Assembly (NCBI RefSeq): GCF_006345805.1
Contig: NC_043000.1
Location: 33,356,001-33,420,000 of the forward strand
Length of the DNA: 64,000 bases
DNA from: Octopus sinensis
Lineage: Eukaryota
Reading direction: 5' to 3'
The translations under genes were made by a program, and so were the position numbers. The first letter of the stretch is position 1; each line of letters begins with the position of its first letter. The notes under the pieces are model-generated. The model saw only the letters and a program-made list of their open reading frames with translations, searched no databases and was not told where the DNA came from. Of this stretch, positions 12,375 to 23,582 are shown in pieces.

Positions 12375-13096
12375 TTTAATGAATTTTAGTTACCTTTTTC
12401 TGATGATATCGCAAAAGAAACAGCAATTTTTGCAAAACATATTAAACAACACTAATAATAAATCAAAAAGCACAAAAACAAATACGCTTTTGATGGTTTT
12501 ATAGATATTTCAAAGGGTATCATCATCAGAGGATGGAGGGACATGCCCTTGACCCTTTTAAGGAGCTCCAACACTGGTGAGAAGAAGGAAGTTATCTTTT
12601 GAGCTGGAGGCAGGTAAGGGCCAGGTGGTGGTGGTGGTGGGGGTAATATGGAGGCAGTGCACCATTTATTGGTGACTTTCTTCTACTGGTAGATGATGCC
12701 TTTTCCCTACTCAGGTGGCAACTCTCTGACCCCTGTTTCTCATTGCTGGTGAGAGTTTTCCGAGCCTTTTAGTTGATCTTTTTTTTATGATATGCAGAGG
12801 AAATATTAAGTTTATTCTTTTGAGATGTCAGTTCCCCCACCCCCACCAAGCACTACCAACGTGAAAAGAAATGTTTTACTCAAGAGCACAGCATGCTGCC
12901 TTGTGCAGGGATCGAACCTATGGTCTGGTCATTGTGAGTGCAACACCCTAACCACCCAGAAACATGCCTTCACCAGGAGGTGGTGGTGGTGATCTTACAT
13001 GGGGCAATGATTTACCATGATAGCTGAGAATCAGACTTGTTTGTCTGTGTGTTTCATACACCTGCTTAATCAGTGCTGGGCCCTGGGCCCTGTACC

Positions 13097-13322
13097 TATT
13101 TCTTTACCACCCACAAGGGGCTAAACACAGAGAGGACAGACAAATGGATTAAGTCGATTATATCGAACCCAGTGCGTAACTGGTACTTATTTAATCGACC
13201 CTGATAGGATGAAAGGCAAAGTCGACCTCGGCGGAATTTGAACTCAGAACGTAGCGGCAGACGAAATACCGCTAAGCATTTCACCTGGCATGCTAACAAT
13301 TCTGACAGCTTGCCACCCTGTA
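13097..13322 (-). mobile_element. tRNA-derived SINE family B (Meta-domain-like)
   Basis: Reverse of GAGTTCAAATTCCGCCGAGGTCGACTTTGCCTTTCATCC...GATTAAATAAGTACCAG. The Meta-domain label is from memory. Confidence 0.85.
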
Positions 13323-13789
13323 CCACCAAACAACATCATTGAAAGGTTGGGATGCTGACAAAAATGGTCCAGGATCTTCCATTACTTGTTGAACCAACAG
13401 ACTATATGTTTCAGCCTGTCTAATACTAGGTTCCATTTGAAATGGAAGCTTGGAATGTTGGCTCCACTGGAATGTAGCAACAGATGTTGTCAAAGACAAA
13501 ACTGCTTCATGGAGTGTGAGAGAGGTTCATCATGTCTTGATACAAACATTAAACTGTTTGAAAGTCTAATATAGAAGGAAGAAGTAAAGTCCGCTATTTT
13601 GGGCAGATCTTATATGGAATGGAGATGTTTTCTGATGTACTCATAAAGGATACTGCTAGAGATATTAAACTTTAACTCTTCTTCATGGGAAACCAAATAT
13701 TTTTCATTTTTAACAACTAATAAAACCTACAAATTGTCCAACACAGACCCCCATTAGTTCCCTGTAATCTCCAGCTTACTTTCATATTT

Positions 13790-14290
13790 CAAAGACAGAA
13801 CTCACAATTTGAAAAAACAAACACAGATAACGCCTTACTTCCCTGGGCATGGACACATTGAAACTTTGACGTCTGGCAGCTGACTTGGCAGACACCCATA
13901 AAATTATTAACCATCTTACTAACAATAACTCTGAGCTCCTTTTCAAACTCCACCTGTCTAACACTCGTGGACATGTTTACAAAATCAGAAAACAGCACAG
14001 CTCCGATGACTTTCGGAAACATTTTTCACGCTAAGAGTTGCTGAAGTATGGAACAAACTGCCAGCATCAGTTGTTAGTTGTCGGAGCACTGCATCCTTCA
14101 AAACTTCCATGCTTCCTGAGATTTGCCAACACTACACCTGATTTTCTCCCCTCCATACACACGCAAGCATGTATCTGACTCATACACTGTTCACTTTTCA
14201 GGCATTTGTACATTACTGCATATGCTTTATGTGCACTTTTAAGTTGTGGTGCACCTGAGCACTGTATACAATAATTTCATTATAATTATT
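13790..14290 (+). mobile_element. CR1-clade LINE 3' fragment, degenerate
   Basis: Translates with frameshifts to ...LGMDTLK..RLAADLADTHKII...NTRGHVYKI...RVAEVWNKLP, a CR1-type C-terminus. Confidence 0.75.
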
Positions 14291-15079
14291 TTTTAACATC
14301 AAAGTCATGGAATATAGAAAATGAAAATAGATATTGTTAGAACTGTGGAAGAGACACATTGAATGTTTTGTCATCTTTACTTGGCATTCTGAGTTGAAGT
14401 CGAATGCTTGACAAAGGGTAGTGCTCCAGCATGGCCGCAGTCAAATGACTGAAACAAAAGAAATAAAAAAAGAAAAGTATATCATTGCATGGGACCTTGG
14501 GCAAGTGTCTTCTTCTATAGCTCTGGGCTGACCAAAGCCTTGCAAGTGGATTTCAGAGATGGAAACTGAAAGAAACCCATGATCTATTTAGGTATGTGTG
14601 TGAACATGTGCATATTTGTGTTTCTCTATCTTGGCAACATGTGGTAGTTGTAAGCAAGTGTCACTGTCATAAAAGCAGTGATATTCTCTATATTCTATGA
14701 GAATATGTCTGGTCATAGAGAAATATGCCTTTGTGTTGAAACAGGTAAGAGTTGGCAACAGTTTTGGTTAGCAGGAAGGTACCGGATTCCCCAAGACTGG
14801 TTAGATCAGCTGATATGGTGATGCATCTTAAATGTCTGTGGGGAACGACTTGCAAGAAAAGAAATCCGTTTTTCACTCTTGTTTTTCCAGGCTGACATGG
14901 CTTTCAAAGAATATGCCATTAAAGCTTTGTTTTACAGTTGGATACCCTTCCTGTCACTAACCCTTACCATACAAACACTCACGCACATACTTATAGAGAC
15001 TATCATCATCATTTTAATGCGCACTTTTCCATGCTTGCATGGGTCAAATGAAATTTGTTGATACAGATTTTCCATAGTC

Positions 15080-15232
15080 AAACACTCTCAGAGTGGTTGG
15101 CGTTAGGAAGGGCATCCAGCTGTAGAAACTCTGCCCGATCAGATTGGAGCCTGGTGCAGCCATCTAGTTCGCCAGTCCCCAGTCAAATCGTCCAACCCAT
15201 GCTAGCATGAAAGCGGACGCTAAACGATGATG
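15080..15232 (+). mobile_element. RTE-type LINE 3' end
   Basis: GTGGTTGGCGTTAGGAAGGGCATCCAGCTGTAGAAAC...GCTAAAC(GAT)n. Confidence 0.75.
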
Positions 15233-16123
15233 ATGAAACACCCCTCCCGTCCCCAATTGTCACCTGTTTTCAAGCAAGATAATATTTCCCTTTGCAGGAC
15301 ATGCTTTCACACAAGACTGGGAATGGAAGACAATGCTCATGTAATGATGAGGGTACAAACTCTCCACCATCCATATGCATACATATTTGATTACAGTGGA
15401 TCCATAAAAGACCTCACCATAAAGTGAAGCACACCACAATTAACAGAACAATGCAAATGAAGGCAGTTAATTAATCCATAATAATTACAGACACTTAAAG
15501 TTACCACCTAGTTCCATCTATTTCTTTATACCATGTTTGTGTCAAATGAGAATGCAGCCTTTTAAGTAGAGTCACATTAGATGGCTCCACAACTTATCCA
15601 TCTATAGGATTATTCTTTTAGCTTCCTTTTGGGTTGCCAACAAACCAAGTAATGGGTGGAGAGACAAACGCAAAGATACGCAGTTTTACACACTTACACA
15701 CACGCACGCGCGCACTCATTCCTAACATTCCTGTATCATTGAAAACGCAAAATTAATTCAAATTACTTTGTTTTTAAGGGAGGTAACTCCCACTTACGCT
15801 ACATAGAGTTACCTCCCCTGCATATCTAACGCAACTATAGTGATTGACGCCTTTATAAGTCTTTAATTTCAGTGATCGACAGATGAATGGCAAAAACAAT
15901 CCGGCTGTGACCATCTTATCTAATGTGTTCTTTTCTTATGGGGGACTTCCTCGTATGGTTTCAAACAGATATCGATGCTATTTCTAACAGGTCCAAGGAC
16001 CATTCATGATTCCACGAATGTGTTACGGTTCGTGACGAAACCTAAACACTTAACGTATGTCCATCCAATCAACAGGACATGTCTAACTTGCAAAGTAATA
16101 CATTAGACTTTAAAGCAGATCAG

Positions 16124-16507
16124 CTGCTGCTGTTGCTGTTGAGCGGACGGTCTTCGTCCCAGAGCTCGCAAGATGGGAGAAGTTTGAAACGTGGTCCTTT
16201 GCTATTCGTAAGACGCGCAGAAGAGAAAGCAGGTCAACCCCCGGCACCGAGAGCGTCGACGGATGGATGAATGCGCATCCAGGCTCAGCGGTTGCGTAGG
16301 AAGTCGGGACAAGAAACAGGAAGGAAGAGCGAGAGAAAGTTGGAGCGAAAGAGTTCAACAGGGGTCGCCACCACTCCCTGCCGGAGCCTCGTGGAGCTTG
16401 AGGTGTTTTCGCTCAATAAACACACACAACACCCGGTCTGGGAATCGAAACCGCGATCCTCCGACTACGAGTCCGCTGCCCTAACCATTGGGCCATTGCG
16501 CCTCCAC
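16124..16507 (-). mobile_element. SINE family A, tail variant A1
   Basis: Near-identical to 5197-5566; (CAG/CAA) tail. Confidence 0.9.
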
Positions 16508-17501
16508 TGCTGTTGCAGCTGATGTCGGTGATTTGTAAGGTAAATCAAGAGAAAATTTTAGATAAAACCGTTTTTGTCTCGCAGTACAATTTTAGAAAAT
16601 GGAAAATTATATTGATGTGAAGCAGGATTTGATGTAACCTTAATCTAAGATTCCCGCCGTTGTTCAACCGAATCTACTACTCCACTGGCCCAAGGGTGAT
16701 GGGGTGCATGGCGGTAAATGTACGCAAAAAAATAGCCACGGAGAGTTACTCTGAGGATTATAGAAAGATGACAAATGGAAATAAACTAATAAATAATGAT
16801 TTGGATTTTGGTTGAATTCCAGCAGTTTTGAGGGGAGGGGCTAATCTATTAGTTATCACATTCTACCAACCCCGAATGGATGAAAGGTAAAGTTGACCTC
16901 GGCAGAATTTGAACAAAGAACGTAAAGAGATGAACGAACCCAAAAGATAAAAAAGATTGAAGGCAAAGTTGAGCTCGGCAGGGTTTGAACTCAGAATGTA
17001 AAGAACCCTAGAAAACGAAAGACACAACTGGAAAACAAAACAAATAACACAAAGAACGACCCATCATCAGTCGTTGACTGTTTTTCTATTCTCGTATTTC
17101 GAGCATTTAACAACAATATACGCTTTCAATAAAACAGTTGCTCCCGCAAAGCAAATTGAATAAAATTTGGGATTTTGCGGTGAGTCAAAATTGTTAACAA
17201 AAACAGGACAGTGAAAACAAACAAGAAGGGCTGCTAAGCCTAAATGAGGTTGTGGTGGCGAACGCGTAAATCAAGCTTGGACAGGAGATAGACAAAAACA
17301 CGTCTTCCTTGATCTAGCTACAACGGAGAGAAAGAAACACAAATTAGAAGAAAGATGGCCAATGGTCATAGGGAGAGAGAGAAAAGGAGATTTAGCATCG
17401 ATAGTTAGATATTTCCTTAGGTCAATCATGTAGCGACTCCTTTTCTGAAGCGAGTCAGCGTTTGACCAGGGTTTACACATAGGACTGCAGCAGCAGAAGC
17501 A

Positions 17502-17842
17502 GCGGAGGCGCAATGGCCCAATGGTAGGGCAGCGGATTCGCGGCTTCGATTCCCAGACCGGGCGTTGTGTGTGTTTATTGAGCGAAAACACCTAAAGCTC
17601 CACGAGGCTCCGGCAGGGGGTGGTGGCGACCTCTGTTGTACTCTTTCGCTCCAACTTTCTCTCCCTCTTCCTTCCTGTTTCTTGTTCCCGGACTTCCTAC
17701 GCAACCGCTGAGCCTGGATGCGCATTCATCCATCCGTCGATGCTCTCGGTGTCGGAGGTTGACCTGCTTTCTCTTCTGCGGGTCTTACGAATAGCAAAGG
17801 ACCACGTTTCGGACTTCTCCCATCTTGCTACGCTCAGCAGCA
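17502..17842 (+). mobile_element. SINE family A, tail variant A1 (small internal deletions)
   Basis: Head GCGGAGGCGCAATGGCCCAATGG; same body as the other A1 copies. Confidence 0.88.
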
Positions 17843-18178
17843 ATACCAATAACAATAAATTAATCACGAATTAGTTTGTTTCTAAGGGAGGTAACTCTTA
17901 AATTTTTTGTACGAGTTATCTTTCGTCTCTAGTCGTTATATTACTGAAAAGTTATTGATGCTTCCGTTCTATGAGCTCCCATCAAGGCAACGACTAAACT
18001 TTTGTTCATTATAACTGCACCAATTGCCAAGTGAGTGGAGCTAGCTGGAGTTAAGTCACGTGGTTTGCTGATAAAACCATTTCAGATAGCTTTGAATATA
18101 ATTTTGACTAATTTAGCCGAGGAAACAGTTTTGAGATTTATTTCTGAAAGAGCGTTGCAAAGTTTATTAAAAGATTAC

Positions 18179-18295
<117 letters not shown>

Positions 18296-19028
18296 GGAGG
18301 AAATTATTCCCAGATCAAAGACGTTGTATAAAAGTTTGCCAGAGAGTGCAGCCTGCTAAAGGTATGAAAAGAGGAGGTGATGATGGTATTAAACCAAGCG
18401 AGGAATTACATCTTCCTCGCCCACGACAGGAAATCGTTCCTCCGACACGCCTCCAGACACTATCGGTCTCTTGAAATTCATATTGCGAAACTTTAGGATA
18501 TGGTAGAAGATATTTGCCCGAAGTGCCGCGTAATGAGTTTGAACACGAAACCTCGCAAAATGCGAAGTGTACATTTTAGTCATACAATCATGTCTGGACC
18601 CAAGATTTTTATTGGCTGAAATTGGTTACAGTCCAAATGGTGTTGGTACTAATTAAAATATCTATCGACTCCATTCCAAGACCAATCAGTTGTTGCCACT
18701 GGGATAGAGACATTAAGAGCTGAGGGGGGGGGGGTGTAAATGTAAAAATGGGTGAGAAAAAGATGTACAAAGAAGCATTATGGACAATAATGACAGAGTG
18801 GACCGGGAGAGAGGTTTTTATATGAGATCCTGATGTGCCCTTGAACAAAGAAAGGAATTCCTATTTCAAATATGACAAGAAAATAAATGGGCTGGAGCGT
18901 GTGTGTGTGTGTGTGGTGGAGGGTCAAATTTATAGAAAACAACTGCGTTGCAACAAGGATTTGAAGAGAAAAAATATCAAAAAGGAAGATATGAATGAAA
19001 TTTTTAAGAAATAAAATTTGCTTCCTGA

Positions 19029-19101
19029 CATCCCTGGTGGGATTCGAACCCACGGCCTCTGGATTAGAAGTCCAGCGCGCTATCCACTGCGCTACAGGGA
19101 C
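19029..19101 (-). tRNA. tRNA-Arg-TCT: tRNA-Arg(UCU), intronless, copy 1 (U16)
   Basis: 73-nt cloverleaf GTCCCTG TA GCGC AGTGGATA GCGC G CTGGA CTTCTAA TCCAG AGGCC GTGGG TTCGAAT CCCAC CAGGGAT G; TTTT about 12 nt downstream. Confidence 0.95.
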
Positions 19102-19609
19102 ACTAACGGCAATTGACATCAAAATGAAATACAGATTGTTTTAAATATAATCTTGTCGTCTGCTTTTATTTGTAATTTATCAAGGTGAGGTCAGTGAGTA
19201 CATTCTATATAAGATTGCTATTATCTAACAACGACTTTACTTTCTGTTCGACTTTGTAAAGATTTTAAAATAGTTCCATGAACCATGTGGCATACCACAT
19301 GGTTAAAGCTGATGAGGAGGTATCCCATGGAGATGAGGACTGACTAGGACCCTACTGGATGGGTTTCCCGGGAGGACACAGGAATATATTGGGGAACGAT
19401 GAATGCAGCAACGCGCTGCAACGGCGCATGCGTCCACATCTGACCCGAATTTCATTAAAGAGACAAAGACAGCGGGCATAGATTCCTTATAGAATGTTAG
19501 GTTGTGGGGTTGGGTTGGAGACGGTGCTGAGGGGCTAGGACCATGGAGTGCAAACTCTGTGGTTAAGGGATCAGAGAACGGTCTGAGAAAAATGTCCTAA
19601 TCCTAAAGA

Positions 19610-19648
<39 letters not shown>

Positions 19649-19755
19649 AGGAGAGATTGAGAGAGAGATGTAGTTGAACTGGGTAACCACTGAGTGAATA
19701 CTGACCACAGAGTACCAAGGGGTGGCGTTAAACTGGACAATCAAACAAGTTGACC

Positions 19756-19924
19756 CACTAGCATAGCTAGAGTGTGTGCCGCTCGGGACAGCCCTTCACT
19801 CTGTCGTGCCGGGCCCCCACAGGAAATAGATATTGCCTACAGTTGACCCCCAAAATAGTACCGTCCCCATATCAGTGCCGTCCTGGGCGGACCGCCCCTC
19901 CGTTCTCCGCTAGCTACGCTAGTG
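19756..19924. mobile_element. hAT-like MITE, 15-bp TIR, 8-bp TSD
   Basis: TIR CACTAGC(A/G)TAGCTAG; TSD AGTTGACC at 19748-19755 and 19925-19932. Confidence 0.85.
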
Positions 19925-20335
19925 AGTTGACCACCCCAAAACAAGAACTATTCCTCCGTCATAAAGTTACCATTCATCAAATTTCATTCACAATATTTTG
20001 GATATGCTGGAGTAGGAAATACTTGTTTAAGAAGCCGTTCAGTAAGACTGAACTCAAAATTCGGTGCTTTACTTTCCTGATGATTAATTTGACAGTCGTT
20101 AAGATAATGAAGAAAATAGGTGCGTTTCGGATTCGTCTGTGGCTGCCTCCGAGTTTTGTTGGCAACGAAGGCGTGGAGGATGTGAATCAGATTTCTTGAA
20201 AGGCGTAAAGGAATAGATGTAAGAAAATGGTCACCACCGGTTCTTTATCTGTTAAAGATTTTCTGCTAAACCATTTCAAGGTTGGATAAGTTCCGATAAA
20301 TTGAAGTTTTATGAAGGGGGTAAAAAAAAAAAAAT

Positions 20336-20408
20336 CATCCCTGGTGGGACTCGAACCCACGGCCTCTGGATTAGAAGTCCAGCGCGCTATCCGCTGCGCT
20401 ACAGGGAC
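20336..20408 (-). tRNA. tRNA-Arg-TCT: tRNA-Arg(UCU), intronless, copy 2 (C16, G59)
   Basis: Full cloverleaf, T-loop TTCGAGT; long T-run starts 1-2 nt downstream. Confidence 0.95.
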
Positions 20409-21627
20409 TGCACTAATGCTTGATTCTAAAACCAATATATAGATTGTTGTAAGTGGGTTTTTTCCAAGTCCTCTTCTTGTATTTAAGACATGTCAATGTG
20501 AGATCTGTGATTATACACTTTCTTACACCTTACTAATGGCTTCTCTCTCATTACGCTTTCTGATGGAGCTTTTAAAGGTGCGGGGAACCAGTTCCAGCTG
20601 TAATTAGAGAGCTTATGTTCTTAAATTACTGCCGCCACCCATCGCCAGAGCATTCTTAAAACGTCTTAGAATGAAGGATGAGGGTAGGGGGTGATTTATG
20701 AGATTAGATAATTGACGGTCTAAATTAGTATTGTTTAACAACTGCTACTGAGTAGGAATCCATTGATATTAGATGGTTGTAGGGGGAAGTAATTGCATGG
20801 AAGAAGGATTGGGTATTTAAAGAAGAGACTACAATGGTTGTTTTCTTTTAAATACTCGGTCAGTCTTGACCGAGCAGACCACTGATCAAAGTTATTCCAA
20901 CCGTGCTTCTCTTGTCTAATATATACAGCATATTTCTCATGTAATGTATTCTCTTATTTTAAAGATGAGAGTGTATAATTTTCGGGATATTTAGCTACTA
21001 TTTCTAACAGTGAATTGCAGTAAAGCCTTCATTGAAAAATGAGAAATTTTTGAATAACTTTTTGAAGACGAGATGAGTGCAGAGAATGGGTCAGACATGA
21101 TAAAATGGTCCAGGATTTTGTTTTGTAACATGTTGACCTATTCGATCCCATTTCTGGACATCTCGGGCTAGTGTCGTCTGCCATAGCCTCAAGTTAACCA
21201 TCTTCTGAGTTAGTGCATCTAGCGTTACATATTTTATATAAATCGTATATATATTAAACGATATATAGATATATTATTATTATATAAATTGTATGTATAT
21301 TAAGCGATACGTTTATATAATTTCAATGGAATATATACGAGTAAAATCGTTTGCTGTGAGGTGTTGGGTAAATATTTGAAGAATTGATTTGCTTCAGGCT
21401 GGTCTGAAAATGGCGATTGAAGAACGTGTAGTTTGCAAATGTTACTCTCGGAGTATGAGCAGATTAAAATGTCGTCCTTCAGGAAGTAAATTAACTTCTC
21501 AAGAGCTGCAGAATGCATCGTGTTGTTATTAAAAATTTTTGTACAATTGACGCTGTTCAATGCAAAATTAATGTAACCTAGAACAGACAATAAAAGAAAA
21601 AACATGTTATTGCTTAATCGCTCGTCG

Positions 21628-21699
21628 AGCCGAGTGGCACAATGGGAGTGTACTGGACACATACCCGAGAGGCAGGAAGATCGAAAGTACCCTCTGTGA
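21628..21699 (+). pseudogene. Initiator tRNA-Met pseudogene
   Basis: AGCCGAG TG GCAC AATGGGA GTGT A CTGGA CACATAC CCGAG AGGCA GGAAG ATCGAAA GTACC CTCTGTG A. It is 72 nt with a CAT anticodon, the eukaryotic iMet T-loop ATCGAAA and a 7-nt D-loop; anticodon, T and acceptor stems are broken. Confidence 0.75.
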
Positions 21700-22004
21700 A
21701 GAAATGGGTACTAGTTTTGGTATTCATACATCGTAACAGAGTCTGCCTACAAAGGTGGCTAGAAATTATATTCTGTAATAGACATTTATAAAGGGTCAAG
21801 GAACTATCAGCTGACGGAGACACACTGTAACCCGGGTGGTGTAGTGGACAGAGACAACGATGACAACAACAGGACTTTTCTTTCAATGTATAGGATATAA
21901 AGGATACATTGTCATGGTTGGAGCGTCATTGTGTTATTTTCTATTATACCGAGTTACGCAGTTTAGGTTTATTATTATACCTTCATTTTAATAAAGAATA
22001 GTCT

Positions 22005-22197
22005 CTTTTACTTGTTTCAGTCATTTTGACTGCGGCCGTGCTGGAGCATCGCATTTTAGTCGATCAAGAACTTATTCCTTGTAAGCCTAGTACTTATTCT
22101 ATCTGTCTCTTTTGCCGAACAGCAAACACACCAACATCGGTTGTCAAGCGATGTTGGCGGGATAAACACAGACACACAAACATATACACACACACAC

Positions 22198-22210
<13 letters not shown>
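22005..22210 (-). mobile_element. SINE family C, 3' half
   Basis: TTTACTTGTTTCAGTCATTTTGACTGCGGCCGTGCTGGAGC...AAACACAGACACACAAAC. Confidence 0.8.
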
Positions 22211-22267
<57 letters not shown>

Positions 22268-22407
22268 CGGAGATGTACTCGCATAGCAAGTAATTTGATC
22301 TGAGATCGTGTGCTGAAACGAAAACAATTGCAGCGTGGAAGGTGTTTATAAGCCATTTAAGAAACACACAAAAGCCGTTCGATTCACTTCAACATTTAAG
22401 TTTAATT

Positions 22408-22453
22408 TGTCAAAATATTTTCGTCGCTAAAATCCGCGACCTGTTCACTGACA
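22408..22453 (-). ncRNA. Putative minimal type-I hammerhead ribozyme with a G3:C8 core variant, at the end of a ~190-bp repeat (22265-22453)
   Basis: Minus strand reads UGUCA-GUGAACA-G-GUCGC-GGAUUUUA-GCGAC-GAA-AAUAUU-U-UGACA: 5-bp helix I, 5-bp helix II, palindromic helix III. Activity untested. Confidence 0.55.
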
Positions 22454-22525
22454 TATATATATATATATATAAACAAAAGAAATTATTTAAAACAATCTGT
22501 CATTTTAGAAGTTCTTACCTGTAGT

Positions 22526-22598
22526 GTCCCTGTAGCGCAGCGGATAGCGCGCTGGACTTCTAATCCAGAGGCCGTGGGTTCGAATCCCACCAGGGATG
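22526..22598 (+). tRNA. tRNA-Arg-TCT: tRNA-Arg(UCU), intronless, copy 3 (C16)
   Basis: Full 73-nt cloverleaf; T-run about 6 nt downstream. Confidence 0.95.
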
Positions 22599-23509
22599 GG
22601 TATATTTTTTTTATTTCTTACTATATTTTTATTTTTTACTATCTTTATATAAATTTCAATGATGTTCCTCTGTCCGTTATGTTTTTATGTTCGTTAACTC
22701 CTCCTAGACCGTTAGTGCAAGGACAACGAAACTCAAACCAGCAACTGCCCTAATTCCAGGGAATGTCCTAAGGGGTGGGAGGGGGCTATATTTTTAAGGG
22801 TCACATAATTGGGGTCAAACTGACCTCCCCCATGGCATTGGTGACCAAATCGGAGCAATGACAATGAATTTCATACCATGAACTTCCAGGGAGTATCGTA
22901 AAGAGGTTCGATTTCTGAAAGGCCGCTTAAAAGGGGCTCCACTGACCCCGTCTCTATTTTTTCTACACATTTGCAGAAATAAATTTCATTACACAAGGGT
23001 AGTGAGGCCGAATGCCTCAAAGGTTTCTCCGCCGGAGCTAGCTGGAGTGCCGTCCGAAAGGGCAGCCTCAAGGCTTTGAGGCATTCGGAGAAACCTTTGA
23101 GGCATTCGGCCTCACTACCCTTGTGTAATGAAATTTATTTCTGCAAATGTGTAGAAAAAATAGAGACGGGGTCAGTGGAGCCCCTTTTAAGCGGCCTTTC
23201 AGAAATCGAACCTCTTTACGATACTCCCTGGAAGTTCATGGTATGAAATTCATTGTCATTGCTCCGATTTGGTCACCAATGCCATGGGGGAGGTCAGTTT
23301 GACCCCAATTATGTGACCCTTAAAAATATAGCCCCCTCCCACCCCTTAGGACATTCCCTGGAATTAGGGCAGTTGCTGGTTTGAGTTTCGTTGTCCTTGC
23401 ACTAACGGTCTAGGAGGAGTTAACGAACATAAAAACATAACGGACAGAGGAACATCACTGAAATTTATATAAAGATATACATTTAGTAAGAAATGAAAAA
23501 AATAATACC

Positions 23510-23582
23510 CATCCCTGGTGGGATTCGAACCCACGGCCTCTGGATTAGAAGTCCAGCGCGCTATCCGCTGCGCTACAGGGAC
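23510..23582 (-). tRNA. tRNA-Arg-TCT: tRNA-Arg(UCU), intronless, copy 4 (identical to copy 3)
   Basis: Full 73-nt cloverleaf; T-run about 7 nt downstream. Confidence 0.95.

Noticed and set aside
15777-15820. Hairpin GGGAGGTAACTC...GAGTTACCTCCC (similar word at ~17885)
   Set aside because: Resembles the subterminal inverted repeat of the Helitron family at 48210-49107; probably a TE remnant rather than a new RNA.
19310-19345. CTGATGAG hammerhead-core-like word
   Set aside because: No helix II followed by GAAA downstream.
19300-20220. Complex sequence between tRNA copies 1 and 2, possibly a retroelement 5' region
   Set aside because: No frame gave a diagnostic motif; left unassigned.
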